Positions 25,301 through 36,200 of a DNA stretch of 64,000 nucleotides are shown here, piece by piece. The position numbers were made by a program, and so were the translations under genes. Origin of the DNA: Antedon mediterranea. Its lineage: Eukaryota > Animalia > Echinodermata. Within the stretch, counting starts at the first letter, position 1; each line of letters begins with the position of its first letter. The stretch covers positions 30,262,437 through 30,326,436 of the forward strand of contig NC_092672.1 of assembly GCF_964355755.1 (NCBI RefSeq). The letters are read 5' to 3'. The notes below the pieces were generated by a model that saw nothing but the letters and a program-made list of their open reading frames with translations, ran no database searches and was not told the origin of the DNA.

Positions 25301-27688
25301 TTATTCAACATAGGTTGAGCGTGAGAAGATCAACATTGATGAGGCTGTAATGCGTGTATCCTCTGAGAAAGGTATGCTGGATAAGACACTGTCAGGCCTA
25401 GAACAAGAGAACACAGACTTGAACCGTCAGGTTCAGACACTGCAGAGCTCACTGGCAGAAACTGAACAGCAGCATGCCACACGGTAAGAATTGCATATCT
25501 GACAAACACTTTGTTAATACATTTCTACCTTGATAACAACTTAAACCTCATCAGACTACTTTGTCATGAAGAATGCCTAACTATTCCAGTTTGCAGAAAA
25601 TTGTTAACTGGTCTACAACAGTGAACTTTTCTTGCCAAACTCGGAGTTAAGCTCTGTCTACACTATCAAACTAGTTTGATCAAAAAAGTGTGATGTGGCC
25701 AAGTATGGTAGTGGTATGCTTAAATATAGTAGTGATGACATCACATGTCCATATATGGGCACATCACAATTTTTTGTCGATAAAGTTTGATAGTGTAGAC
25801 AGGGAATTGCACAAATGCTATAGGCCAATGTTAAAATACTGCTAAAACGAAATACAAACAAAAATTGCACTATAGAGTTATCGTTGGAATATCAAAATAA
25901 TAATTACATTATATCATACATACTCTTATTTGCTTTCAGCTTGATAGATCTCACCACCAGACATCGACAAGAGATGGAGATGGAGACAGACAGGCTTCGT
26001 GGAGCTCAAGTTCAAGCAGAGCGCACCCTAGAAACCCGTGAACGAGCACACCGACAACGAGTGAAGGGCCTAGAGGAGCAGGTATCAACACTAAAGGATC
26101 AGCTTAGTAAAGAAATGCGTAAACGACAACAGTATATTACACGCACTGCAAAGAACCATGATGAGATACAGGATTTAAGGAATATGCTAAGTAAGGATTT
26201 GTTATGATTAATATTATGTCCTCTCCCCACCCCTTCCTTCTGTGGTGATGGTTTTCATTAGAGCTAGAATGCAGGGCTTGAAATTCACACTAGAAAACTA
26301 TAAACTTGCTTGTTGAAAATTTAAAAAACCAGCTAATGTTTGCTGGTTTAATTTACTCTTTAGTATAGCAAAACTATGCCATTAAAATGTAGCTTAGTTG
26401 CAATGTTAGTTGTGTTGTTCATTGATTATTTAGATTTTATAATGCAGCGTTAGCGACAATGTAAAACCAATTCAATTTGCGTGTACATATTAACAAAGCT
26501 CATAGATTATGCGCAGGCAGTCCAAGTTGAGCCATTCCCACAATTGTGTAATACCATTTTTAAAGGTTTGTTGTATCTTTTAATGTGCCGCTATTAAATA
26601 CCTATTTTACCCACTAAAAATATATTTTATTGTTGTCTGAAATAACAATTTTACATTGAAACTTTGACCTTTAACTTTTTGGCACATTACTTCTTTATTA
26701 CAGCTAGTTGTCAAATTGTAGTACAGTAGTGTGTAATTCTTTTTGTTTCTAAGCTGCTGTCAATGTTGCTTCTTTTCTAGGTGATTCTTTGCACAACGTT
26801 TCACGTGACCCAACACTTGACCCCCTACTCCTTGAGCATGAAACACGTAAACTTGACGAATCTATGGGATACTCTGGCTACGGTGGGGCATCACCCCCGG
26901 TCAGTCTGAATGCCTCAAGGCGCACTCGAAGTGCCTCACCGGTGCAGTTGCCTGCCCAGGCCACGTCCACCCCAGCTAGAGGTATGGGTTTCTGCTTGTT
27001 TTAATTTCTGGTTTATTTCTACTGCATTGAGTAAAATATTAGTTTTAGTATTTCAGTGTAATACAGTCAACTCTCCAAAAACCGAATAATTCCAGCTATA
27101 AATAATATATAATAAACTGGCTCAAATGTCCATTTTTTTTAAATGGAAACCAGTTTGTATTTTATACAATTTGAAGAGACTCGGGAATTATACGGGAAAT
27201 CTTGTACAGTGCTGTAAAACTCCTCATTTGGGACACCCCTATTAAAGGGAAATTGTGTTGTGTCCTGAAGATGTCCCCGGGTTTTACTGTATTGAGATTT
27301 ATTTATAGTCTGCCCAGTTTCAAAAGATTTGACTGTAATAGCAAGATTATTGTATTCCGTTTAGTAGAAATCTATCCTTAGTTATTGCATGCTTTTGCTA
27401 TTTTTGTCTTCCGATGCTTTACATAAATAATTACTCGTTCATTTGTCTGACACATTATTCATGGTTGGATTCATTGCAATTCAATTCCAAGTTTATTATC
27501 CGAAAGTAATGATTCCAACATCTATAACTACTCATGAAGATGTACATTTACACACACGGTCATGCAAGTACGATTGTGTGGCTGTAATTTCGACAAACAT
27601 TTTACATGTGTTTTTTTTCATAGGTATGCGTTCTCCGAGAGGCACCATTGGTCATTCTATGACACCAAGCAGATCTCTAAACAAGTGA
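4372..27688 (+). CDS. CROCC: Rootletin (ciliary rootlet coiled-coil protein), 32 coding exons; 5' end is upstream or at the candidate exon 1130-1195
   Basis: Recognisable rootletin motifs YKRKLQAYQDGQQRQAQLVQKLQAKVLQYKRKC, DLENALVKLEEEQQRSASLAHVNSMLREQLDQA, RERAHRQRVKGLEEQVSTLK. GT-AG exons: 4372-4560, 5575-5658, 5802-6095, 7631-7737, 8451-8678, 9350-10024, 10315-10497, 10582-10709, 11207-11370, 11869-12099, 12266-12442, 15479-15623, 16320-16489, 17048-17227, 17597-17731, 18042-18103, 18338-18513, 18802-18987, 19540-19658, 19965-20090, 20294-20573, 21058-21207, 22306-22508, 22656-23120, 23395-23535, 24097-24236, 24514-24643, 24933-25133, 25314-25483, 25940-26190, 26781-26981, 27624-27688 (TGA). 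Sum is 6156 nt, divisible by 3. AATAAA near 28035. Confidence 0.93.
6330..6545 (-). mobile_element. Decayed CR1-type LINE 3' fragment
   Basis: Minus strand translates ...GHNL...RRHTFS*RVINHWNSLPVDVINSETTNTFKNRID, the typical end of CR1/L2 ORF2, with stops. Confidence 0.75.
8793..9016. repeat. 16-bp minisatellite (GATACACACTGATAAY) x about 14
   Basis: Directly visible tandem array; it accounts for the three spurious repetitive minus-strand ORFs. Confidence 0.95.
11441..11557. mobile_element. MITE family A (PIF/Harbinger-like), nested in a family-B element
   Basis: TIR GCTCTGTCTACACTATCAAACT...GTTTGATAGTGTAGACAGAGC with TAA/TTA flanks. Confidence 0.85.
12488..14262. mobile_element. 1.8-kb non-autonomous TIR DNA transposon
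   Basis: Perfect 31-bp TIR ATTCGTCACTCGTCACACGAACCGGCGAATC at 12488 and its reverse complement ending at 14262; TA on both flanks; inverted subterminal copies near 12668 and 13961; no ORF. Confidence 0.88.
14528..14646. mobile_element. MITE family A, truncated copy
   Basis: ACACTATCAAACTAGTTTGAC...TGTGATGTGCCCAAATATGG internal sequence shared with the other copies. Confidence 0.75.
14766..14846 (+). pseudogene. Diverged duplicate of the rootletin exon 15479-15623 (pseudo-exon or cassette)
   Basis: After TAG it translates RERLLWSDKIHLESSFYAHQSASSKAE, aligning ungapped with LSSDKESLETALYEMQQTAVKLE of the downstream exon. Confidence 0.45.
15636..15962. repeat. Degenerate tandem repeat of about 52 bp (core TAGTGTGAACC) x about 7
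   Basis: GTGAAC(C) cores near 15643, 15696, 15740, 15794, 15847, 15899, 15953. Confidence 0.7.
16025..16190. mobile_element. MITE family B (Tc1/mariner-pogo-like), decayed copy
   Basis: CCTATTAAGGGAACACCTTTGGAATCCAACAAAGTGTCCC, shared with copies near 11420, 17757, 18630, 27206, 28207 and 61660. Confidence 0.6.
16524..16810. repeat. Tandem duplication of about 150 bp in an intron
   Basis: CAAATCTAGCTACCGGCTACATTAAATATATATTCTTAGG occurs at 16536 and 16686 with continuing similarity. Confidence 0.9.
19050..19290. repeat. Minisatellite of about 35-40 bp (CATTCAGTCAGC...CTAGGCCTA) x about 6
   Basis: Directly visible repeated units. Confidence 0.85.
19735..19855 (-). mobile_element. Decayed tRNA-derived SINE head
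   Basis: Minus strand reads TGGTGGTTATCGTGCTTGCCTTCCCA...GGGTTCAAGAC (A-box end, anticodon-like arm, B-box-like). Confidence 0.45.
25650..25805. mobile_element. MITE family A copy
   Basis: AGCTCTGTCTACACTATCAAACT...AGTTTGATAGTGTAGACAG. Confidence 0.85.
27064..27334. mobile_element. Tc1/pogo-like MITE containing a family-B-like fragment (about 27206-27290)
   Basis: TA|CAGTCAAC...TTTGACTG|TA ends; a related left end lies near 23146. Confidence 0.5.
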
Positions 27689-28206
27689 ACATGCAGCTGA
27701 ACAAAATAGGTCGTCATTCATCAGTCGATAGAAGATAATTATTATTGCTAAACAGTACTTTAAAATATAAGAACCACTTCATACCAGTTTGCACCGGTTC
27801 TATTATGATGCTTAAAACACATTTTTAGATCTTACAATAATGTTTGTGCCTACTATTTTTTACTGATGTGTAAAAAACATTTTGAATGTGTCTTTTTTAT
27901 GGATTTGCCTTATATTATTGAAAGATAATTAATTAATTTTTTTTTTATAATATCACAGTAAAATACTTGTATTTTGAGGTATTAGTTATCTATTATTATG
28001 ACAGATTTTAACATATCATTGACAATGAAATATTAATAAATTTAATCACATTTGTTATAGTCTTGCACTTTAGTTAAAAAATGAATTATTAATTTTTTAA
28101 ACCTAATTTCAATATTATTGTTAAACACACAAATCCACCAAAAGTTGTATATACATTTTAATCTTAAATATTTAGATATTGAATTTGAAATATGCGAAAT
28201 GCCATA

Positions 28207-28434
28207 CAGTATAACCTCTATTAAGGGACACCTTCAGGACCTATCAAAGTTTCACCTTAAAACTTGGTTCCCACTTTGATGACGAAGGTACAATATTAGT
28301 GAAATGCAACACAAGCAACAGTTCAGATGATCTGTCACATCAGGATTGGTCGACTAACTTCCTGTGTGGTTACTTTCTTGTGTTGTGTATAGTAGGACCA
28401 AGCTTAAGTGGCGTGTCCCGCAAGGGGTTGACTG
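28207..28434. mobile_element. MITE family B (Tc1/mariner-pogo-like)
   Basis: TA|CAGTATAACCTCTATTAAGGGACAC...GTGTCCCGCAAGGGGTTGACTG|TA: CAGT termini with TA TSD. Confidence 0.75.
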
Positions 28435-29588
28435 TACTACCCCTTGTATGTCTCAAAATCGGGGTTCTAATGTTCAGTATAGGTATGTTTTGGGGAAACA
28501 ATGTCTAAACAGTAAATCGTGTTAGTGTAGATAGTTATTCCTCTAAATTAATTTTACCTTGTCTGTCGTCATTTCTGTCCATCATTTGTGCCACATCACT
28601 TTCACTGTTTTGATTGTATTGTTAGCATAGCATAGCAAGTCAAACCAAAATACTGAAGGGTGCACACCCGAACCCCTGTCTGACCCCCTTTCTACCCCTG
28701 ATACAATTATTTTTCTTTCAAATTAGAATGACACATTGGCCAAAGTATAGATAATAAAAACAAATTAATTGTAGAGTATGTATTTCTTGTAAAGTAAAAT
28801 ATTTTTTATAAATTGTTGATAGAAATTTTGAATATAAATTGCTTAATTAAAGGTTCTTATTAAAATCCTATGCAATAACTTTAAAACAATTAAACAAAGA
28901 GAACACCAATGCCTATTTTTTATACAAATACAAACACTTCTGACAGTTATCTTCACAACAAAACAATTGTCAAGTTTAGTTATTTAAGTAAGCTATCTTG
29001 CGATTCTTTCAGTCATTATGCATTGTCATGCCTACCTTTTATGTCACGTTATTCTGAGGTATAGAATTTATATCAATGGCCAACTTTAGGCTGTTGTTAT
29101 GTTTTACAGAATCATATTTCAGAGTACACAGTAAAAGGAATTTTTAACCCTGTACCTTTAACATGTTTCTTTTTGCTGAATTCTAGTATTGAGCAAAATT
29201 ATAGTATTATTAATAATATTAATAATTGTAGTTACTATATAAAATCGCTTTTTTTTTTTAATAATAGGGAACAATTGTTTGTAGTGGATGTTTGTGTTTT
29301 TTGCTTCAATAATACAATTTATTTGGAAACTTTCAAACATCCGTCCTTTTAAAATTGTTATTGTTGTTTTATGTGTGCTTTTAATGTTGTTTCACTAATG
29401 TTCCTAAATAAAATTCTGTTGTAGTTTGATATTAGACATATACATACTGTAATCATGAAAGAAACATTAGATTTGTTCTATCTTCAGTAGGGTTGTAAAT
29501 TTTGTATTTTAAGTAAATTGTGAGTGTTTTATTTAGTATTTTTAGAATATAGTTTGTTTATATAGATAGTTGCGCTTGAATGCTTATT

Positions 29589-29832
29589 GTTGCATAGCAA
29601 CTATGGGAAACTGAACACACCCCCACTGTCAGCAAGGTATCTATGAATATTCAAATTAGATGTTAATTATGAATATTCATTGTACTGCTCAAATGCGAGT
29701 TTGCATATATTGTTTAATGTTTCATGGATTTTCCTAAATCATACCACCTACTAAACCTTGGTCAAAAGTCAGAATTAATTTGCATAAACCCACCCATGCA
29801 TAAGCAGCTGTGTAATGAGGTCATGAATATGC
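29589..29832. promoter_or_regulatory. Candidate enhancer: RFX X-box plus a cluster of POU/octamer-like sites
   Basis: GTTGCATAGCAAC 29589-29601; ATGAATAT(TC) three times near 29643, 29669, 29823; ATTTGCAT 29778-29785. Confidence 0.35.
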
Positions 29833-30209
29833 AGTGTGTGTGAAGCAAAACGCTATTTTCAAATAAGTTTTTTTTTTTCATTTTTTACACTGCTTGCTGA
29901 AATAATGTTGAGTATTAATTGTAATTGAAAAAGTATATTGTTATACATATCATTGAAGTTAAATGAATTGTTTTTAATTTTCACAATTTAATAGTGTTTA
30001 TTTTCATTGATGAAAGTACTTTAATTATAACAATAACTGTTTTTTTATACTATACTTATTGTTAAAGTTATTTTTAATGTTTTTATTAAGGTTATTATCA
30101 AATCATTTTACAAATATTGTTTTAATTATGTTAATTAAATAATTGATATTTTGAGTCTTGGAACAAAAGTCACATGAACAATACAATTTTTAAAAAACGT
30201 TCAATGAAT

Positions 30210-30472
30210 TGATTGGTTTATTTGACCAATCAGCAATCGATTACGTGTGACTATTGATAATGCTGTGTACGTTTGTAAGAGTAGTGTTATTTGCGTTAGA
30301 CAGAATAATGAATAAAAGAATAGAAAGACAATCTTGTATTTTGTTATGTAGAACTTATTTCATGGTGTGTTCAGAGTTTGAGTATAAACATTTTTATGAT
30401 ACAATCAATAGGAAAAACAAGCACATTGTTGAAAGTGACGTCAAGATTACATAGTTTCCCGCCTATTTTGAA
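30210..30472 (+). promoter_or_regulatory. Candidate cell-cycle (DREAM/E2F-type) promoter
   Basis: ATTGG/CCAAT pair near 30212-30230; CRE TGACGTCA 30436-30443; TTCCCGC (30456-30462) + 4-nt spacer CTAT + CHR TTTGAA (30467-30472). Confidence 0.6.
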
Positions 30473-30575
30473 GTGGGCATGCGTAATTGTCGACACGTGT
30501 TTTTGTTGTGTGATTGTGGTGTAGGCTGCATAACTCAAGTCTGTCTTGCTGTACTGAAACCAATTGATTGAAATA

Positions 30576-30834
30576 ATGGAATTAAAGCACTTGATATTGC
30601 AGGTAAGCTTATCTTCAAACGTTGAAAATGTAAAAGCAATAGTAGCAAGCCTGTAAAAATCACCCAAGCAGCTCGCTAGCCCAGTCTGGACTGATTTTAC
30701 AGTCTAGGCCTAAACATGCGATGATGATGTTCACAGGCGGTTAGCATGACTGATGAAGACAACGAAGAAGGTGTATTGCCCAGAACACAGACGAGGAGAT
30801 TGATAAACACGGTGATTTATAATCAAGAGTTGAG
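30576..30834 (+). CDS. First two coding exons of an unidentified gene (30576-30602, 30737-30834): MELKHLILQAVSMTDEDNEEGVLPRTQTRRLINTVIYNQEL...
   Basis: ATG downstream of the promoter; donor CAG|GTAAGC, acceptor CACAG|, in-frame second exon, donor GAG|GTAAGA. No further exons recognised. Confidence 0.5.
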
Positions 30835-30965
30835 GTAAGATGGTCATGTTATCTACTACTGTATAATGTGTAAGCCTCAGTTATATCATAATTTAAATGA
30901 TGTATAGCCTAGGCAGGCCTACAACTAGGCCTGCCCAGCAGAGGCCTAAACCTAGTTAGGCCTAA

Positions 30966-31124
30966 AGCTGATTTTCCACTAGGCGAATTTGTTAGCGCGA
31001 ATCGAAAGCGTTAGCTTATACGCATGCGTATTCATGTTTCCATCTTCCAAATCCCTATCTACGCATACGTATAACCTGACGCATTCGATTCGCTCGAACA
31101 AATTCGCCTAGTGGAAAATCGGCT
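30966..31124. mobile_element. Palindromic MITE (PIF/Harbinger-like)
   Basis: AGCTGATTTTCCACTAGGCGAATTTGTT...AACAAATTCGCCTAGTGGAAAATCGGCT with TAA/TTA flanks. Confidence 0.85.
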
Positions 31125-31994
31125 TTAGGAGGTCTTTATAAAATTAAGGTTGGGTTTTCAGTGATAAAACCTGCATGATTTGAGGCAATATTATATCTGT
31201 TAACATAATTTACTCTTGGGCCTGATTAACCTGTGGCCAACGTGTTGTGAGATGATATGGGCACATTTTGTTGTTCTTTTCATTTCGTTGTTCTTTTCAT
31301 TTCATTTTTTTTTTCATTTCTTTATTCGAATTCATAAAATAACACAACATAAAAAATACAAAGAATGAATTCAGGATAACACAAAAAAGTAACCAAAGGT
31401 CAAACTTATTTCCATTGTGGCCCTTACGATATGTAGGCTAAACCCGTAAACAGGCCTACCACCACATTCTATAATTCAGTTGTATCAGAAGAACAATGAA
31501 TGTGATTGGACTCGAGGGAAGGGACTATCATTTCCTATTTGCACGACTGTTGACCGTGCATCTAATATAGAGTGTTCTATCGGCACGGTTGACCGTGTGT
31601 TGTTAAGTCCTGTGCCGATAATACAACATAAGGGAGGTCAGTCAACTTTGTCAATAGAAAACAAATAGACTCATGGTTGACCTTTCTAATATATTAAAAC
31701 ATGAATTTTATGAATGTTAGACAGTGCCGACAGCTGCTGCCATAAACAAATATTGACCGTCGGAACAATGCCGATAGAAAGCGTATGTACATGTAATGTA
31801 TCGTGCCGATATCGGATCAGCAGTTTAGTAGCAAAATTACGACTTTGATCTCATTTCAAAGAAGCAATTAATGTTGTCTAAATCGATACATTTTATTTAG
31901 CCACTATCGAAAGATATACAATGGAAAGACACAGATTATATAACAATTCTTCAGATTTATTACAAACATATCTGAACAAATTTACAAAAATATA

Positions 31995-32860
31995 TATACA
32001 ACAACTTCAGGCAGATCTGGAAAGACTCGGTACGTGGGTTTCCGACTGGAAAATGTCCCTAAAGTCCGAGAAATGCAAAGTCCTGTCTTGCTCTCTTAAG
32101 AAAAAACCTATTATTTTCGCTTACTCAGTTCAAGAAGAAGTCCTTGAAAGTGTAAACTCTTACCGGGACCTCGGCATTTTCATCGACCGTAAACTGACAT
32201 TTATTTCACACGTTGATCATGTTGTCAGAAAGGCCAATAGGCTGCTTGGGCTGATGTGGCGCAATTGCAAACATTTTTCTCCATACACCAAACGTGCGCT
32301 TTATCTTTCCCTCGTCCAACCATCTTTTAATTTCTGTTCAATTATTTACAATTCACTCTCTGCTTCTCAAGCCTCCAGAATTGATCGGACCCATAACAAG
32401 TTCTTGCGCTTTGTCGGCCCAGCAGCCAACCTGCCTCCTATTGTTTCCCCGACATCTAGGAGAGCAAGACAGGACTTGCACTTCCTGTATAAATGTCTTA
32501 CTTCTAAGTTTGATTGTGATCTTGTTTCGTTGTTTTATTTTAATGTTCCTGTTCGTAATCTTCGTAGTAAACCCTTTCTTCATGTTAAATTTTCTCGTGT
32601 CAATGTTTGTAAAAATGGTATTTTCTGTAGACTCTCGTCATTGTACAATTCTTGTATTTAAAAAAATAATTCTTTAGATATTTTTAACTGTAATATTTCT
32701 CAATTTAAATGTATTATTAATGAAATTATTTAAATTTTCTTTTTCATTTGTATATATTTATATTGGCTCATATTTTATAGTTTAGCTTTTATTTTCAACC
32801 TGTTATTGGTGTTTTACACTGTTGGTTTGATATAAAGAATAAATGAAAAAAATAAATGAA
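31995..32860 (+). mobile_element. 5'-truncated LINE (CR1/L2/Jockey group): RT C-terminus, 3' UTR and tail
   Basis: ORF 31921-32661 contains LQADLERLGTW...KCKVL...YRDLGIFIDRKLTF..HV..VVRKANRLLG...LYLSLV; AATAAATGAAAAA tail near 32838-32860. Confidence 0.9.
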
Positions 32861-33226
32861 CTGAACGTTTTAACGTGTAATACATGATGCTTTGTGACAT
32901 ACCATATACTTCCATGTACAGTAAACACCAATTTAAACCAATATAAAAATATCACTCAATGCGAATAAAATGTGAAATGCTCAAATGTTGAAACACCTAT
33001 TATTTACAAAATAGAAATAATGCTGTACACAATTACAAAATAACCACCTACATGTTAGTTTTGTGTTAGTAGGCCCAATGTATTTTTGAAAAACAGTTTG
33101 ATTACGCCTATTGATAAAAGTTTAAAAGCTAGTACGAATAGTTTTAATTGTAGTTTTTTACCATCGAATTTTTACTAGGCCTTAATGAACAGATTTGATT
33201 AATTTACACTACGACGAAACTGGGGT

Positions 33227-36200
33227 TTATGGAGTTGCTTGAACAGCGACGTAAGTTATTATATAACCACCACCTGTTATTGTTGCATCTGTATTTAAAT
33301 GTAGTTCGACCTTTGAACTAGTAGCAGTTATAACGTAGGGTAGATTATCAAGTCTTCCACACAATGTTTCAACGTTGTCGCCATCTTTGATCTGAAATAG
33401 CAATGATATACATATTAATTACCGATTGAGTTCATACAACATCCATAAATTAATTAAACTAATGTACCATCCAATTAGTAAATTATTGATGACCTGTCTA
33501 ACATGATTGTGACATAGATATGGCCTAGTATTACCGAATTTGGCATTTGGCTGTCGCAATAAAATTGGTGGAAAACACTCAGATTGGACGGTGCGAATAT
33601 CTATCGTTTGATTTAGAAGGTGGTCAACAACAGGTTTTGGTTTAGTGCTGTTATAATATATTTGATCACGTGATTGGTTTTAGTTAAGCTTTGACGATAT
33701 TGATCACATTAATACTAACCTCCAGTTTGTCAAACTTGCAATCTACCTCCTCTTCGAGGTCAAAATTAGTAATAGTAAGTTGAACCAATGAACCAATATT
33801 GACGCCATTATCAAGGTCAATTTTGATGGTGCAATGCAGGTCATTAGGGTAGCCAAGTGGATATTCTGGTGAGTAGATTATACCGGATTCTTCGGTATAA
33901 GTTGTTCCACAATCTGTAATAGAAATTTACAAACGACTTTAGAGGGTATTTATTATAATATAAATCTATGTTGAATTTTGAAATTCCCAGTTATTTTTAT
34001 TCCATTTATTCATCGTAAATCGTTGTCGAATGCTAGGCCGAAAAGCTAGACATTTCTAAATGAGATAGTAATGCATTCTTGATGGACATGGATAATAGCG
34101 TTAGTAATATATAGAATGTATTGGAGGTGAAACCTTCTTAAATACGGTACTGCTTATATTCCAATATTTGAAAACATTGACCGTATTGTCCAAGCTTAAA
34201 GCAAACATAAAATGGGATACTATTTCGTATATGTAAGTAAAATTGAGTACGGCACTACGATATGTCGGTAGAACTAAAGTACATGCCATATGGTTCTGGA
34301 CAGGCTTCATATCTGCATTCTTGTTCAGTGATTGGTTTGGTTCCGATACAAACGCTGTCCTCCACTATAGACAACGGATCGTTCTTTGTCATTCTGCATT
34401 CGACAGTTCTTGTTTGTACACCACCTCCACATGTTACAGAACACTGGTGTTTGAAATAAAAAAAAGATATCTTAATTCAATTGTTTTATGCCAAAGGAGT
34501 ATTTTGACACGGTACTGTGGGAATTAAATTAATGTTTTGACTTTTTTTGTAGTTTTAGACATTGAGTATACTTATTATATGGTGATACAGATAGGCAATT
34601 ATATTCATTTGGTGAGTTATATATAGACATTTAGTATATTTAAAAAATACATATATATTTATACTGTACGGCTTTCATATGATCACATATGTTTACAGTG
34701 GCTACAATATTTAGTCTGTATGTATATAGCAAATAGCCTATAGGTTCTTGGGTATATTGTATGTCTATAATATAGTACAGGTATATAGTATTTCTATAAT
34801 ATATTGTATAGTATATCTATAATATTATTGTTACTTACCAAACCCCATTCTGTGGCGTAATACGTTCCAGGACAAGGGAGATCATTGCACACTCTTAAAT
34901 CTGTTGGCCGTTCGATACCTGCACAAAACGTTTCGTCAACATAACTGATATTGTCATTGGCATCGGTATACTGGGTACAAAAAACACTTCGAAACTGTGT
35001 TCCTCCCTCGCAACTGACACTACATTCGCTCCATACGGTATTATCATATCTATATTGATATCTGTTAGTGAAGAAAATACAAATGTTTTAAACATATAAT
35101 TATAGGCCTACAGTTTCATCTTTGATGAACAGTTATTGTAGGTCTATTTGCAACGAGTTTGTAAGCAGAATATTACATGGCCCTTTCAAAAATAATGGTT
35201 TGCTAAAATATTCGATGGCTGATGAATGACAAGGGAGCTGACCATCACAAGCGACAGTCGCTAGTCATTGGCCAACTCGCATGCGTTGCGCTTACGTCCT
35301 AGCGGGAACCAAGCTTTAGTTTATTTTCATTTAGGCCTATCATTTATTACACAAATTTGCTGTAACTTACACTATACATGCATCGAGGTTACATATCTGC
35401 AAAGTGTCTGGTTTAGTATCAGGATTACAATATACATCATCGATAATACGACTAGAATCAGAGCTGTCTGTACAAGATACAACGCGGGTTTGAGTTCCAT
35501 TTCCACACGTTACCGAACACTGTAATAAAATAAAAGACAGTTTCATATCTAAACATCATATTTACCAGTACAGTACTGCATCAATTGCTATACTTTCGTT
35601 CGCCCGGATGTGTGTTATAGCTTTAAAATGGAATTATGACTGAGAACTTTAAAAATGGAAGCTTACCACCCAATCTTCAGCAACCCAGTTACCCTGACAA
35701 ACAACTGGATCTGGTGTACAATTCTCTTCATCAGCTGGCTTATCGACGCCCGCATAATTACATACACTGTCTACCTCATTGACTGCTAGACTGCCATCTT
35801 CAGGAATCCCGACGCAGAAGACATTTCTTGAACGTAACATGGTGCTGCAGTCACACTCGCTCCAACCAGTGAGGAAAAAGTCGTACCTACAAATGAAAAT
35901 ACATAACAGTAAGCACGACTGAAATACTTGGGAAAACATAGAATCGGCTTCATGACACTTTTTAGGTTTATAGTACAATTGTTGACGTAGGCCTACATGT
36001 CCAATTGAGTACAGTGACTCAAGGACTCAATTAAATCAAAACAACTTACGTCAAACAAGTCTTAAGCTCACACGTTTCGGTAGTATCTGGTAAAGTTCCA
36101 GGGCAAAGGTCAATATTAACTACTACTTCTGTAGATTGATCGACGCATTCAACTTTACGAACTCTTAAACCAGATCCACATGTCACTGAGCACTATATAA

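Noticed and set aside
31480-31830. Region with repeated GTGCCGATA/TTGACCGT motifs
   Set aside because: Probably a DNA-transposon remnant, but no termini or TSD could be defined.
31921-31995. N-terminus of the 246-aa ORF as a real gene start
   Set aside because: Chance open frame in AT-rich flank fused to a 5'-truncated LINE RT.
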